Positions 32,143 to 46,122 of a stretch of 64,000 nt of DNA are shown here, in pieces. Every line of letters begins with the position of its first letter. The first letter of the stretch is position 1. The stretch comes from Bilabrum cf. latius. Taxonomy: Eukaryota. The stretch covers positions 992,001-1,056,000 of the forward strand of contig OZ237747.1 in the NCBI GenBank assembly GCA_965178125.1, in the 5' to 3' direction. The notes under the pieces are model-generated. The model searched no databases. It was not told where the DNA came from and was given only the letters and a program-made list of their open reading frames with translations. The translations under genes were made by a program, and so were the position numbers.

Positions 32143-35100
32143 ATGCTGCTGCCCCGTCCGGGCTGCTGCCCCGTCGGTCGAAGGGGCTCGCGCGGCGACG
32201 GCAGGCGCAGACTGCCGCGCCCTGCCACGGCTACCAGAGCTGGCCGTGGAGGCAGTGCGCGACCTGGCTCTGCGCCTGCCGCCCGTCGCACCCGCTGCTG
32301 CGGAACCGGCGCCGCGCAAGTAGGCGGGCACCGGCCGTGCCCTGAACTGCAGCTCCTCTCGCCTGCGCCTCTTGACCTCCTCCTCCTCTTGTTCCCTGGC
32401 CCGGGCCTCCTCCTCCGCTTGTTCCCTGGCGGCTGCCTCCGCCCTCTCCTGCCTCTGCGCCTCGAAGGCAGCCCGCTGCGCCATGCGCTCCTCAAGCCTC
32501 CGCGCCCCCGCGGACTTGGCGGGATGCGTGGGGGCGCGCTTGGGGGCCTGGGCCTGGGCGTGGCTGCTGTGGTTGTTCCCTGCTGCGGGGGGTCCGTGCA
32601 GTACCCCCTGCGGGACGGGTCGGGCGCGGAACACGCGCTCCCGTTGTTCCCTGTCCTGTTCCTCGGCCAGCTTGCGCGCCTCCTCCTAGGCGGCGCGCGC
32701 GTGCAGCAGCTCCGACTGCAGCTGGAACGGCTGCGGAACCGTGGGAGCTGGCGGCGCCACATGCGCGGCGCCACTTACGGAACCTCCAACACCCTCCATG
32801 ATGCCGCGGGCGTGGAACTCGCGCGCCTTCCGCTCCTGCACCTCCTGCTCGTGCTGCTGCCTCCTCATCGTCTCCTCTGCGGTCGCGTGGCGGCCGTCGG
32901 TGGCCAGCGCGAACGGCTTGGGCACGGTGAGCCTCTTTGGTGCAGGGGCAGCACCATGCGATGCACCCTGCGCGGCCATGGCTGCGTAGTCCGGCACGGG
33001 CCGGGCCTTGAACGCCACTTGCGTCGTCTCCCGGGCTCCTCCTGTTCCCCCAGCACCCGCGCCCTCCCCGTGCTGCTGCTGCTGCTGCTGCTGCTGCTGG
33101 GCCTTGGCCGCAGCCCGCGCCTTGCTGGCTAGAGGGGGGGAGAACGGCGTGGTCAGCTCCGTCACGCTGCGGCCCCTGCCTCCCACCAGCGGGGCCACAT
33201 CGAAGCGGGGCATCGGGCGGGCCCTGAACTCCGGCTGGTGTGACGAGTGATCGTGCTCATGGTGTGACGAGTGATCGTGGAGGGTCTCACGCTCGGCGGT
33301 GTGCAGCTTGGGCGGCTGGGGGACAGTAGGCGCGCGCCGGGGAACAAGGCGGATCCCCCTGCTGGCCTCCTGCTGGAGCGCGGCGGCGTCGTACGGACGC
33401 GCGCGGAACGGCCCGACCGCCTGCGCCTCGGCCAGCTGGCGCTCCTCCGTGGACAGCGGAACTTCGTGCGCGGCGCCGTGCTGCGCGAGGACGTCGTCGG
33501 TCGCAAAGTGGAACGGCTTCGGCTCCGTGGGGTGCCGCGGCGCCGCGCCTGCGGAACCGTCGGCCTCCTCGTGACGGAACGCCCTCTCCGCCTTCGCGAC
33601 CTGCTCGGCCAGCGGAACATACCCCTCGCCTGAATGCGCGGCGCCGGCAGCGGGCGCCCGCCTCGGACCCCCAAAGGTGGGGGTCTTCGGCCTCGTGGGC
33701 GAGCGGTGCTGGTGCTGGTGCTGGTTTCCACCGGCTCCTGCGCGCTGTTCCCTGGCTGCGCGGGCGGCTGCCCTCTCTCTCTCCTTCCTCTCCTACTCCA
33801 GCTGCTGCTGCGCCCGCCGGATCTGCAGCTCCTCGGTGGTTAGGGCCGGTTCCTTAGAGGAGGTCCCCGCCGCATTTGCCGAGGCGTGGCTCAGCTTGGG
33901 CGTGTGCGGAACCGTGGTGCGCGGCACCCACGGCTTGGAAGCGGGAGAGCCGGGCTTGCTGCGATGACCTTGCTCCTCACCGTCGCTGTCCTTGGGCCGT
34001 CGGGCCGTGCGTCGCGCTGCTGCGGCGGCGGTCTGCTTCAGGTATCCCGGCGTTGCGGAACCGCCATCCCTGGTTGCGCGGCGCCGCGGGGTCTTCGGGC
34101 GAGGTTTCGCCGAAGCGGTTGCAGCAGTCGCCATCTTGGAACGTTCCGCAGCCGATGCGCGGCGCCGCGCCTCGATCGCCTCCCTCTTCCGGCGGGCCAG
34201 CGCCGCCCTCGCCCTCGAGGCCGTCGTCCCTTTGGCGGCCATCGGAGTCACCGCCTCCATTCGCGCGGCGCCGGTTCCGTTCGTGGGAGCGGCAGCAGTC
34301 GGACTGCTGGGGGCGCCCGTCGCTGCTGCATCACCGTCTGGGGCGGCTGCGGCTGCGGTTGCGGTTGCGGTTGCCCGTTTGGATCGGGCGATGGGGTGTG
34401 CAGAGGCCGCGCGTCTCCTGCTCGTCCCTAATGGTGCCTGTGCATGTGCATGTGCATGTGCATGTGCCCGAGGCTTGCGGGCGCTCGTCACACGCTTGGA
34501 GTGCGCTGGGGCTGCGGCGGCGGTACGCTTCGCTGCGGCGGGCCTTGGTCGCCTTGCCACTGGGTGCACGCTCCGCGCCCGCCTGCCAGCAGCAGGGGGC
34601 GCCGAGGGGGCGGCAGCGGGGCGGGACCGGGGACGAGCTGCGGTGGGAGCTCCCGGCGTCTTGCTAGCGGCCTTCTCTTTCTTGTTCTTCAATGCGGCGC
34701 GCTTCTCTTGTACCCTGGCCCTAGCCCTTGCGCGCGCCTGCGCCTGCGCCTTGGCCACGCGAGCCTTCGCTGCCTCAACCGCCTTGTCGTACTTGGAGGC
34801 GCGCTGATCCGCAGTGCTTCGATCACTGGTCTTACTGTGGGCAGGCCTCTTGTAGGCAGAACGCGCGGCGCCAGATTTCTTGGTTCCGCTCGGCTTGGCT
34901 CGTCGGGAGGTCTTGGCCGTGGGTTGTTGGCTAGAGGGGGCAGGGGCACGCGCGACGACCCGTCGGGCACCTCCAACCGTGCTGATTTTAGACCTTGTTA
35001 GAGCGGCTGCAGGAGACGCCTGCTCGTCCTCCTTGCTGGTTTCCTCTGCCTTGGCCTCGGCGTGATGCTTTGCCGGGCTTGGCGACGGCTTGCCCGCGGG

Positions 35101-35677
35101 AGCTGAGCTGCCCTCTTCCTGGTTCGCGGCGCCGGTTGATTCGGCGGCCTCGCTGTTTTCTCCTTTTGCTGCTTCCTCTGCAGCAAGATCAGCCGCTGCC
35201 ATCATTGATTCTGCAGTGACCATTTCCTCTGGTGCGATGGACTCACGGATGCTTTGCCGCCCTCCGTCATCAAGTGAGAGCTTGCCGGCCATCGGAGAAG
35301 TATCAAAGGAGCCCAAAGGAGGTCTATCATCTGTTGAAATATTCACGTTCTCTGGAGATTGAAGCCTAGCCCTAAATCTTTGCGCAACCTCGCTGCCAAA
35401 CTGGTCCATGAATGCGAGATTCTCGCTACTAGCTAGCCGGTCTGGGCTGATTGCAGACTCTGACATTCTGTCCGGATCTGCAAAAATAGAATCAACTTAG
35501 AATGCGATTGTTGTGGCTGGTGAAGTCGGGATGCGGCGGACAGAGAGAGACTCAGGATGCGAACTCACCAAAGTAGCCGTCATCCTCGGGCTCGCACGCA
35601 TCATTAGCGTCATCTGGGGCAAGGGCTACCGGTGCATCGAAGTTAAAGTCATTCTCATTACCATTGCTCGATGCCAT
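31678..35677 (-). CDS. TPX2: TPX2-like microtubule/spindle protein (join 35569-35677, 31678-35477; ~1300 aa)
   Basis: N-terminal FNFDAP...DGYF resembles the Aurora-A-binding motif. Also YVPLAEQV and repeated T.PKPF.(F/L)ATD and F(K/R)ARP motifs. GTGAG..TTTGCAG intron 35478-35568; TAGs at 33793 and 32686; TGA end. Confidence 0.82.
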
Positions 35678-35733
35678 GGTCCGAAGATTCTGAACTCGGC
35701 GCAAGGTCCGTGCCCAACGGTTGCCAACACTGC

Positions 35734-38700
35734 ATGGCGCCGCGCACTGTAGCAATTGCGGAACTTCTGGCGTGGATTGACCAGATTTTCGTCCGGTACT
35801 CCACAGCAGGCAGAGGTGCTGGCTGGTAGAACAGGCACGCCAGGTTGGAAAACAACCTAATTTTTCTCAGTGATGCGGATTGACATTGTATGTACGGCCG
35901 CCTTGGCTTGCATGGTTGCAGCAAGTGAGCGAAGGCGACTTGGCAGTATGGTGTTCGCCTGCATTCTAGAGTCCACATTCTGCCGTTACCGACCAGCATG
36001 CTTCATTTCAATCGCAGATCTACCAACACGATAGCAAGCTCTACCGAACGGAACGACGCCAGAACACCAAAAGCTACACAACTTGCTGGATAAGGACGGC
36101 GATGGAGTTGTGTCTCTCCAAGACTTGTCAGCATTCTGTACTGAGAATGAAGCATGCACCTCAATTGAGCACATGCTCAATTTAAGTCGAGCTGCGGTAC
36201 TGCTGGACATTGGCCAAGCTGGTACGCCAGCAACTGGCAACGTGGAAGCAACTGCTGAAACTCAATAGTAGATGAGTTTGGACGACTTGCCTCTCTGCTC
36301 GGATGTCCAGTCTCAGAATTCATCTGAGAACCGAATGTCAAGTTTCCAGAGTATCATCAATGCAGTGTTTGGATCGGCGCAAGCACAGCAGAGCGCCTCC
36401 GTAGACATCGACTGCATTGATGATTCGGATGACCTCGGCGACGAGCAGTACGAGGAGCTTCTCGCCTCCTTGGAGTACCAGAACGGGGATCACTGGGTCG
36501 TTTCCAGAACTAATGGCACGAATGGCACGGCACAGACCTCTCTTTAGTACCTTGGACACCCGGACGACCTCTACTGGGAGCTCGCTGCCAGCAAGCCGCA
36601 GGATTCGGGCACAGCCTCAGGAATCGAGGCAGATGAGGAGTCATCCTCGTCCTAGGCTGCGGGCGCAGATGACAGTGGCGACGGTTAGGCAGATTAGACG
36701 AGCGCCACAAGAGAGGGTGCTAATTGGGTAGGTGCAGATGGAGGAGCTGGCAGCAGGCTAGATGATGGTGAAGGTGGTGACGATGATGGTGAAGGTGGTA
36801 GTGGCAGTGGAATCGATAGGGGTGGCGGGGCGACAGCCAGTGACAATGCGTCAAGAGTAGATGCTGCTTCAGATGGGCAGGTAGGGACCGCCGCTGGCGA
36901 TGAGGTTGCAACCGATGCCGGGCCAGCTCTAGAGAGGGGGAAGCCACCCAGGCAATTATCCAGACACCCGCCCAGCATGTGCGCCCTCGCTGCTAGCAAG
37001 GTCAAATCCAAGGGTGGAAAGCAGGTGCCGGTGGGGCAGCCGACCACCGTCCGGGAAACGAAGCAGTGCTGGCGCTTGAGGATGCAGAACGCGGGGTTTG
37101 AGACCCCCGATGGAGTCGCGAGGTGGATCACGCACGGTGCCAGGATACACCCGCAGGCAGCTGCTGCAGCCATTCGAAGCAACGTGTCACAGCCTTCGTT
37201 CCCTCGTCTGCTGCAGACGCAAGGAAGAGTGAATGCTGGCAGCGGCGCAAGTGCAGGGAACCCCTGGCAGAATCTGCCGGTCAACACTCCTGCGCTATGG
37301 AAGCGATTCGAACTCAAGACACAGAACCTGCTCATGGGCGGTCCTCCGCCCGCTGCCCTCCCTGCAGGATCCGTGCAGGTCCAAGTGGCTCCAGAAAAGC
37401 CTGGCAACACTGCGAGCTCTCCCGGCAGCCCGCCGCGCGTATCCGCTACGTGGACCGCGGACATTTCCCCGCGGGCCTGGCAGCTGCAGGACCCGACCAG
37501 AAGTTCCGGAGGCTTGCCCGGAACTGGAATGCTGAATGGCGACCATCATAGCAACGGCACGCGCTTTCTTTCGCCCAGCACGGCGATCGGACCCCACAGC
37601 AACGGCACAACCGTCAAGTACTTGACCCCCGAGGGCGTCCCCTTGAGCAGCGTGGTCGTGAGAAGACGCCCACTGTGCGTCCTGAAAGGCGACCACGGAC
37701 GCGCTGGCGGTGTAGTGGAACGGGTGCTTGGGGTTGATGGCAGGGAGCTTGAAGTGTTGATGCAAGGTGCGTGCGACCTGGACCACGTTGTGGATCTCGA
37801 GCACGAGCAACTGGAGGACGTTGCGGCCCTTGAGCCTGCCCCGAATGGCTCATGGCATAGCAGGTGTCCTTGGCTATGGCCAGGATCGAGCGCAAATAGG
37901 CAACAGGCGCAGCAGCTGGAGGCATCAATGCGGAACCGTAGCGACAGTTTCGATGACCGAATGATCCTGTGGCAACTGGCCGTTGAGCTGTGGAGCGTGG
38001 CTGGAACTGCACCACCGGACTCGATGGAGTCAGTGCTTGTCACCGTTCCGCATGGCCATGGAGCGGCCGCAAGCAGCTCGCACAGGGCATCGAGCGAATC
38101 ATGCCTCGAGTCGTTCCCCACCGTGATGCGCGAGGCGCATGACGTCGTCCAGGAATCGGTCGATTCATCTGCACTACGGACAGCTGCGGAGGCATAGTCA
38201 TTCCGCGATTCACAGCCAGACATGGCTGCTCCTGCCGCACGCTCCGTTAACACGCAAGGAGGTGTTGTCAACGTGGTGCGAGCTCCATCGACCGGCGACG
38301 TCCATACCGTTCCAGTCGCAGGAAGGGTGGACAATGCGGAGCTACAAGCAATCTCAAGCTCCATTGCTCATATGCAGCACAAGCTGGACACACTGGTGCA
38401 GACTACAGCTGCGCTGGCTGATATTGTGAGGCCACTCGCGCAGGCCGTTGGTTCCCTGGAAAGCAAAGCCAGCGACAGGCTCGAGGACTTGGAGCAGACG
38501 ATTGCAAGCGTGCTGGCTACTGTGACGGAGCTGGAAAGCGAGTAGGAGCGGCTGGTCCAAACGCAATGTGCATCATCTGTACGACACAGCACAAGTCCGA
38601 GCGGTGCGGCTCCTACGAGCGGTGGCTCACCCGGGCTCGAGTAGCAGCAGCAGGGTACCGGAGTGCATGCAACCGAGCAGGGGCAGACCCAGATGCCACC

Positions 38701-39766
38701 GCCAGCCTCTGATGCGCCTCGAGATTCTCCACGGCATGCACCGCCACTATAGTCAAGTGCCGGACAGGGCCTCGGCTTAGCACCGGACAGCCCAGGGGGG
38801 CCTCCGTTGGACACTGGGGCCGAAGCCACGCAGGTTGACGACGTGCCAGCCCACCCGTCTCAATCTGATATCGGAGCACGCGGAGCCCTCGAATGCGGTG
38901 ACGGCAGTCTCTCTGGCTTGAACGCAAGGTGCAAGGGTAGGATTGGAGGTGCATTTGGTGGAACCATCCAGCTGCAGGACGGCGGTGATACGGCGGCACC
39001 AAAGAACGATGCAAATGTCGTGCCGGATGGAATGCCAGATAGCAGTAGGAACAAAGGAAGCAGGCGGGGTGCACCCTCAAAGATGCATAACTGTGCCCAT
39101 GGCAATGTTGATCATGCTGCCAACTCGCACCAAAGCAGCCAGAACGGTGGTATGCATCGATCGGAGGAGCCGATCCAGTCCTTCGATATCTCCATCGATA
39201 AGGACACGTCTGGCCTTAGTCCCGGGGCGGGCATGGGCACACATTCCAAGGCTGGGCAAGCGAGACGAGGCCGGCTAGCACCGGAGTTCCTTAACATTGG
39301 TCATGGGCAGGTGCTGGGGGGAGCTCAAGATGAAAGAGAGTACGTCACTGACCCGGACTGGCGAGAGGGCAGCGGATTCGAAGAGCTGGACACGCTCATT
39401 GCTCCGAGCAGTGATGCGGATCGTCCTGGCGGTGCTAGTATTAGTGGTACAGTTCCAGCGAGCGGCAGCGACGTGCAGGGGGTCGGGGAGCGCTCAAGCA
39501 AAACCACCAGCGCACCCCCCGTGCAGGTCAATTAGCAGCAGCAGCAGCAGCATAGCCCAAGCGCAGTTCCCAACACCGGGTGGTTAGGATCCGAGTATTG
39601 GAGCAAGGTAGACACCCCGGAGGAAATCGCGGCTCTAGTCGCACTGGTACTGATTGTGATAGGTATGTGCTCGGTCGGTGCGTTGTGGGCTAGGATGCCC
39701 TATCAGCGTGGCAAGCAGGAGACATTCAAGACTCTCTTCGGTCGTGTGCCTAGCACTGGTACCTGA
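35734..39766 (+). CDS. Large EF-hand-containing protein with C-terminal transmembrane helix (putative intron 35816-36017)
   Basis: LDKDGDGVVSLQDL is an EF-hand. Five listed ORFs share one frame from ~36018 and are separated by about a dozen TAGs and no TAA/TGA. Coiled coil near 38340-38540; TM IAALVALVLIVIGMCSVGALW; TGA 39764-39766. The first exon is tentative. Confidence 0.7.
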
Positions 39767-39940
39767 TTGTATTTGTGGCGTGGTTGCGTGTCGTCGCTCG
39801 AAGCAATTTCGTTGCAGTGGAACTCAAATCGTGCGATCGCAATTGCTAGTTGTGCCGTGCACACATCCAATGATTTGACAACGAGCTTCCATCACGTCGG
39901 ATCACTCGCCAGGAGAGCGCGATCGCCCCCGACGCTAGCC

Positions 39941-40816
39941 TTATGTCATTTCCTCGGAAGTTTGCTCCGTCGCCTTTCCCCCTGTATCAGCCTCATCGTC
40001 CGCCCCTTCCGGCCCATTCAGCGGTGCCTGGTCCAGTCGGTGGTGAGTGGATTCCGGCCCCTTCATTCTGCTGCTGCTCGCGCTCTGCTGCTCCGCACTC
40101 CCAGTACTAGTGCCATGCTGCTACCCGTCTGTATCCTGGTGCCTGCCTTCGACTGGGCGCCTCTTTCGGAGCTCGCTTGCGGATTCGTCCACCCTGTCCA
40201 GGTGCTCCAAGCTGCCCGTCCCTGCCTTGGCCACGCCCACGCCCTCGGGTGAACCTACCTTGCGGTCCCCACAGGGACCAGTTTTCAGGAAATATAGATG
40301 CTCTTTGATGGCCATGTCTATTTTTGGCTAGAGGAGGGCCAGAAGGCCGCGCTATAATGCGGACTCCAGAAAGGTACGTTCCTCCAAAGCTACCAAGACG
40401 TTGCCACTCTTCGACGTCACAAGCCTGTATGTCCACACGCATTTAAGTCCCTTGTCGGCAAACGAACGCTTCAAAAGCATCGGAGATGAAATCGTGTGGT
40501 CCATCATCATGACTGCTCCGCCGTCTTCTTGTACAATGTAGGCAGCCATGGCTCCCTTTGGCAGCCTACCGGGTGGTATGGACCGCACGCGCTGAACATG
40601 AGGCAGCCACTTAGGAAATTCTTCAACATTCTAAATCGCCTCGAATACTTCCTCGATGGATCTACCCTCAATCTCAACGCGAATAGCAATAACCTTCTAA
40701 TTTGGTATTCTCCATCCCCAGCACACCAGAGCTAGCACGAATAGTCCTCCAAAAAGCCCCAGCGCTAACCCTACTGAGATAACAGCATCGATTATAGGGC
40801 TTCCAGTTGATAACAT
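39941..40816 (-). CDS. Membrane-anchored SRPBCC/polyketide-cyclase-like protein (~291 aa)
   Basis: N-terminal TM, then IRVEIEGRSIEEVFEAI(TAG)NVEEFPKWLPHV, typical of the START/SRPBCC N-terminus. Five in-frame TAGs; ends TAA 39941. Confidence 0.7.
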
Positions 40817-40961
40817 GTTCCTGGGCTGCAGCAGAGTGAATTTTGCACTTTCTTTCCGGAACGATCCGACATCGTGCAGTGCAGTGCACCGAAGGTTCGT
40901 TCGTCCGAGATTTCGATCCGGGGCTTCCGGCAGGTAATTCGACCCTTGCCCAGGGTCGACC

Positions 40962-43900
40962 ATGCAGGGAACGTGGGCACAGGTACGGTCAATATTTCGG
41001 AAACCATCTGACATCGTGGATGAGCTTGGTGCCACATTGTCATCCATCATTGCAGCGTGTTTTTGCGCTTCGCCAGTTATGCTAGGAGTTGCTGCAGTGC
41101 TCATCATCGCAAGCCTTTCCACTGAATTTGCGAGATTGCAGACTCTATATATTGGTGCTGTGTAGCGATGGACATCAGAGGACGCCATTTGGTTCGCAAG
41201 TACGGGGCCATGGTTAGCGTCGGGGTCTGCGAGCGTTTCAAGCAGCGATCGGTTGGATTGGTTGACCCCCAACTTGACCCTTCGCACATCGGAGGAGCTC
41301 CGTCCGTTGTAGCAAGGCACTGTTAATTTTGCTACTGAGCAATTCGCCCGATTTCGAGGTGCTGGTCGGCTGTACCTCGACCCTCAGCTGAACATCAGCT
41401 CGACGACTGTCTCCCGCACTGCGATTCGGACAGCGCGAGGCACGTTCGCCGTGATGCCATTGGGGTTCAAACCCCCAACAGACGAACTAGAAGACTAGCA
41501 GATGTCACGCACGCCATTTAGTCGCGTTGCGAACGAGACAGGATGGCTCGAATTGCTGGGCAACTCGACGCTGGCAAACCGGTTCCGAGACGCCATCAAC
41601 GGCAGCACGCCTGCCATCAACGGCACGGGCTGGGAGTGGCTCATCGGAGAGGCCTTCTAGCGCAGAAGGGCCGGGCCGAACGGAACGTTCTCCTCGCTGC
41701 CCTAGTTCACAGCAGACGAGCTTGAAGCCCTAGCGGTGCTGGCAGCGGCCGGGGATCCGGCGGCATTCCAGCCGAGGGAGGGCCCAAATGGCACGGTACT
41801 TCCGCCTCTGGTTAATCAGACTACGGACATCCCGCCACTGCTGCAGCAGAACGCGTCGGGTCCCGCGCCGCACGTGCCCATCGTGATCGAAGGGGTGCCC
41901 GTCGTGTTCTCGGCGGTCCAGGTTCTCCAGTGCGAGAGCGAGGACTTGAGTGCTTCGGGTCCTGTAACCAACAACGAGGAAGTGCTCGACGATGACGCAG
42001 TAGGACAAGGAGACACAATCGATGGCGGGGTTGATGATGCGAACTCGACAGCAGGAGGAGGAGGGTCCACAAGCATAGGGGCCAGACGCGCGTCCAACCG
42101 CCAAAGCCATGGGGATGACATGTTGCACCCAAGCAGGGAAGCAGACCATCACTCCGCACCCAGTGACGCATATCAATACGGCTCGTATCCCCGCAAGAGG
42201 CTGCAGAGCAGGTCAGGCGATGTTGTGTACGCTGACGAGTCCACCGCGTCCGGCAATTTGCTTCGTTGCCTCACTGCGTGCAGGGGCACGTTCCAGCCCA
42301 CCAGTGGCAGCGGCAATGACGTGGCCACGGGTCTCTGCACGACGTACTGGCGCCTCAGCCACGCCTGCATCGTAGTATCGCACGCGCGGCCTACTCGGAT
42401 CGACGACACGGCTGCGACGCCTGGTTGTGCCGTGCTGGACGAAGCGCTGGGTAGGATAGGCCTAGCAGGACTACCGGTCGTGTTCGATTCCACGACCAAC
42501 CTTGGCCCCTTTGGATACAGCCTCATTGACATCGTTAGGGGTGACGAAGACGAGGACTTGCGCAATGCCACTGGTTCTGGTAGTGCGCGCCGTGAGCTGC
42601 AGCGCGGGGAGCTTGGCTCCACGGCAGCTGGCTTGGATCGCTCAGGATCAAATGTAGGCGAGAAAGATGCCGCAGAATATCCCGACGAAGCCCACCATGA
42701 CCTAGAGGAGCAGTGGTTCGGTCTGCAGCCCGGCCCGTATGACCTGCTCACAGAGGAGGAAGCGGGCCCACCAGACAACCAGCTTGGGTTGAGATAGCTG
42801 CAAGACGATGGCCCGGTGGTCGTGTACAGGCAGCCTCCAATAACGGTGGACCTCAGTAGAGTGTCGTTGACTGTCAGAAGCAACCGCGATCCGTACGTTG
42901 CTGCGCTTCGGCTCAGCCGAGGTACCCTCACGTTCGGCACCGAACCTCAGGACCTTGTGATCACTGCCCTCAGTCTGTTTCTTGCCGGCGTTCTAGTCTG
43001 TTTCGCCCCTCTTGGTCTGCTCTATTGTGCCGTTGTGTGCTGCTTACTCGGGGACAGGCGTAGCATAGAGGAGGCCCCGGCTTCATTCCTGAGCCTTGAG
43101 GGGCAGTGGGGCAGGCGCAAGGCGCTGGGCAACTCTAGTCGCAGGTATCAGGCAGACCTCGACTGGCGGGAGACCATCCTGTTCATGAGGCAGGGAGATA
43201 TCCTCGGCGCGGGCGAGGCACTGGCTCGCAACCTCCGCGGAGTGATCCAGCAGGTTGCGATGGACGTAGGTCAGCTTGGGGCAGCTGGGGATGCCGCTGG
43301 CGGACATGGAGATGGCATGGGGCAGTTTGCCGGGAGCGGTGCAGACCTGGCGATGTCTCGAAGAGGCAGCGAGCTCATGCCCATAGAGGGCAGACGGGGC
43401 AGGGGAAGCACCATGCAAAGCGTGGCAGCCGCAGCTGTGGCAGCTCAGTCCCAGTAGCCAGCAGGGGACTCGTCTATCGGTGTTGCTGGCAGCTTGGATC
43501 GCAGGCGCACGCATCGGGCAGGCACGACCGTAGATGATTGGCACTTGGTCGGAGCGACGCCATCGAAAGAGGGCAGTGCTGTAGCAGGTGGGGCGGCGGG
43601 CGTCACAGCTGCCACCAAAGGGGAGCTGGATGAAGAAGGAATCGCGCGAGATGGCGCAAAGCAGAGGGACAATTTGGGTGGTGAGTACATGCGTAGCACT
43701 CCCGGGACAATGAGAACGCCCGGTGTGGCAGGCAGCAGGCATTCTCGCGCTGCTACGATGATGTCCCCGGATATGCTGGGCGGTCATGGGAGCCGCGGAC
43801 TGGCGTCCGAGCTGGCTGGTCCACCGCCCGGGCCACACGTGTCCCCGTTCGTGTCCAACGCTGGGGCTCGGAGGCAGCTCGAGCGCACGGGTGGCTTGCA

Positions 43901-45719
43901 GCGAGTGCAGAGGGGCAGCTGGGCCGCTCTCGATGGCCAGCAGCATAACAGCACTGGAAAAGGGGGCAGCGGTGGGAGCGCCGGATCCACCGTCATAGGT
44001 ACTCCGGGCGCCGTCATGGATGCATCCACCGCGGAGATACTTGCAGAGGCACCGATGTGGGCGCTTCCTTCCGGTGAGCTGCTGCGAGCGGGCGGTGTAT
44101 CGGCAGAGGGCGCCAGGCACCTGTTGGCCCCTTGGTCAGTGGCCGGTGCTGCTCGCAGCGGGCGCCGTGCCGGGAGGCAGAGCGTAGTGCCGCAGCCTGG
44201 CTCTGCGGATGGTAGGCGTGTCTCGCACGATGCCTCTAAGCCTCGTGCAATTGCTCCAGCGGGTTCTAGAGGGGGGCGGCATGAACCCCTCGATAAGAGC
44301 CGAGTAGCTACGACAGGAAGCGACCAAGGGGGGCAACAAGGCCCCAGCCGTGATGCTGAGGAGCATCGAGATGGGAGTCAACTGCCTAGCTTTCTATCCG
44401 GAGGTGGCAAACACGGCAGATCCAGGTCTGTCGTGGACAGCGCGCACGGCACGGCGTTCGTTCGAAGGGCCGCATCGGCGCTGCGCCGTGCAGCCAAGCA
44501 CGCCTCACATCCTTCGCAGCGCATGTTAAATATGCTCATAGACAACGCTGCAGCACGAGCGCACCTGGGAATCGTTCCCGCCATCGGAGGCGGTAGCTGT
44601 GACCTGATCGCTGACCGCGGCGTATTTGCGGTAGAGACTCACGGCAGGCTGTCTCTGGTTGAAGAGACAGGGGTGCCACACATGGAAGCGAGACAGTGGA
44701 GAAGGTAGGAGTGGCGGGAGCTGCTGCCGATCACACCCAGAGGAAATGATGCCCAGGGTAGGCAAGGTTGGGCGGCGCGGGCAAGATTCCTGTACGCATT
44801 CGCAAAGATGCTAGGTTGGTCGGGGGTCCCCCGTGTCGTGAGCGCGCCCTAGGGCAGCACGTTTGGGCCAAGCATGGCCTGGTCTGGTGCTTAGGAGCGC
44901 AGCATACACGCGATCTCCAGACTGACTTCAATGTGGTACCACGGTAAATTGCTGCACCCGCTGGATCTGCCAATCGGGTCCAGCTGGGTGGATGCAGTGG
45001 CGCAGGTGCAGAAGCGGTCGGACGCAGGAGCCAAGCCGAACTCTGGCAGGCATCTGCTTGTCCAGATGCCGCACGGCATGCCTTCGCCGCAGAGATCCAC
45101 TGGGCTTGTGTTGGGTGTGAGCGCGTGGGAAGGCGCCGCTGATTTCGTGCTAGCCGTGGCAGGATCGAGCTCTAGCTTCGACGCGGGTAGACTGCGAACG
45201 CTGCGAGCTGCCAGCCGACGGCTGGCTTCGGCGCGCGGATAGGCAGGCGATCGAAGCACCAGAAGAGTGCTTCGGGACCCTGTTCGAGGTAGAACCCAGG
45301 CGTAGGATGATTCGGACGACTCCGATGGTAGCATTCTGCAGAACCCAGACGCGCCGCGCATGGCGGGCGACGGCGCTGCAGCTGGAATGTCATACCTTGC
45401 ACGCCGACCGGTAAAGCAGGTGTCCATTCGTTCGCCGCAGGCTGCTAGGGGTGCACTCGCTAGCGGTAGGTTGTAGTAGAGTAGTGCTCTAGGTATGGTT
45501 GGCGCTAGTGCATCGTCTTCGTTTACACCGGTCCAGCGTGGAGACAAGGAGGCAGACACTGGAAATACCGGATTCAGCACAGGCCCACGCGAGTCCCGCA
45601 GTCCAATGGACAGATCTGTCGGTGCTGAGTCAGCCGTTGAGCACGACTCGTCGGTTCCCAGGGGGCTAGCAGGGACGATGAAGTTGCGTCAACACCGGGG
45701 GCAATCGCGAGCAACTTGA
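40962..45719 (+). CDS. Large membrane protein of unknown function (~1585 aa)
   Basis: ORFs 40962-41165, 41736-42797, 42816-43457, 43494-44708, 44931-45242 and 45495-45719 are all in one frame and separated only by TAG. Hydrophobic helices near 41040-41110 and 42955-43045, with many N-x-S/T sites between them. Ends TGA. Confidence 0.72.
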
Positions 45720-46122
45720 GCCTTGCTTTACTTATGGGGGTGGATCAGAATCGCTTGCTGTAGGCCTGCTCCGGATAGATAGATCCGGATATACTACAGT
45801 AATTTGTATTTGTGGATCGATGCGAGTGCTGTGCATGAAGTTCCCAGTTCCTGTATTAGATATTTAGCGTTCAATTAAATTATCCTAATTTTAAAAATTA
45901 GCTCCAAGTATTCCGAAATCCGGATCGCCAGGTGTTGTTCCTCATCACGGCCATGCTAGTTGGTGCGTAATGCCGTTGCCAGCCATGCGGAACCGCATAT
46001 CCAGATCTTGGTGATGTGTGCCAAGGACATTGGAAGGGACGGGGGCTTCTGCAGGCCGTGCCAATATCCATTTCAGCTGGGCATACCGGTTCATTCCCAG
46101 GATTCTAGACTCCGGGTACAAC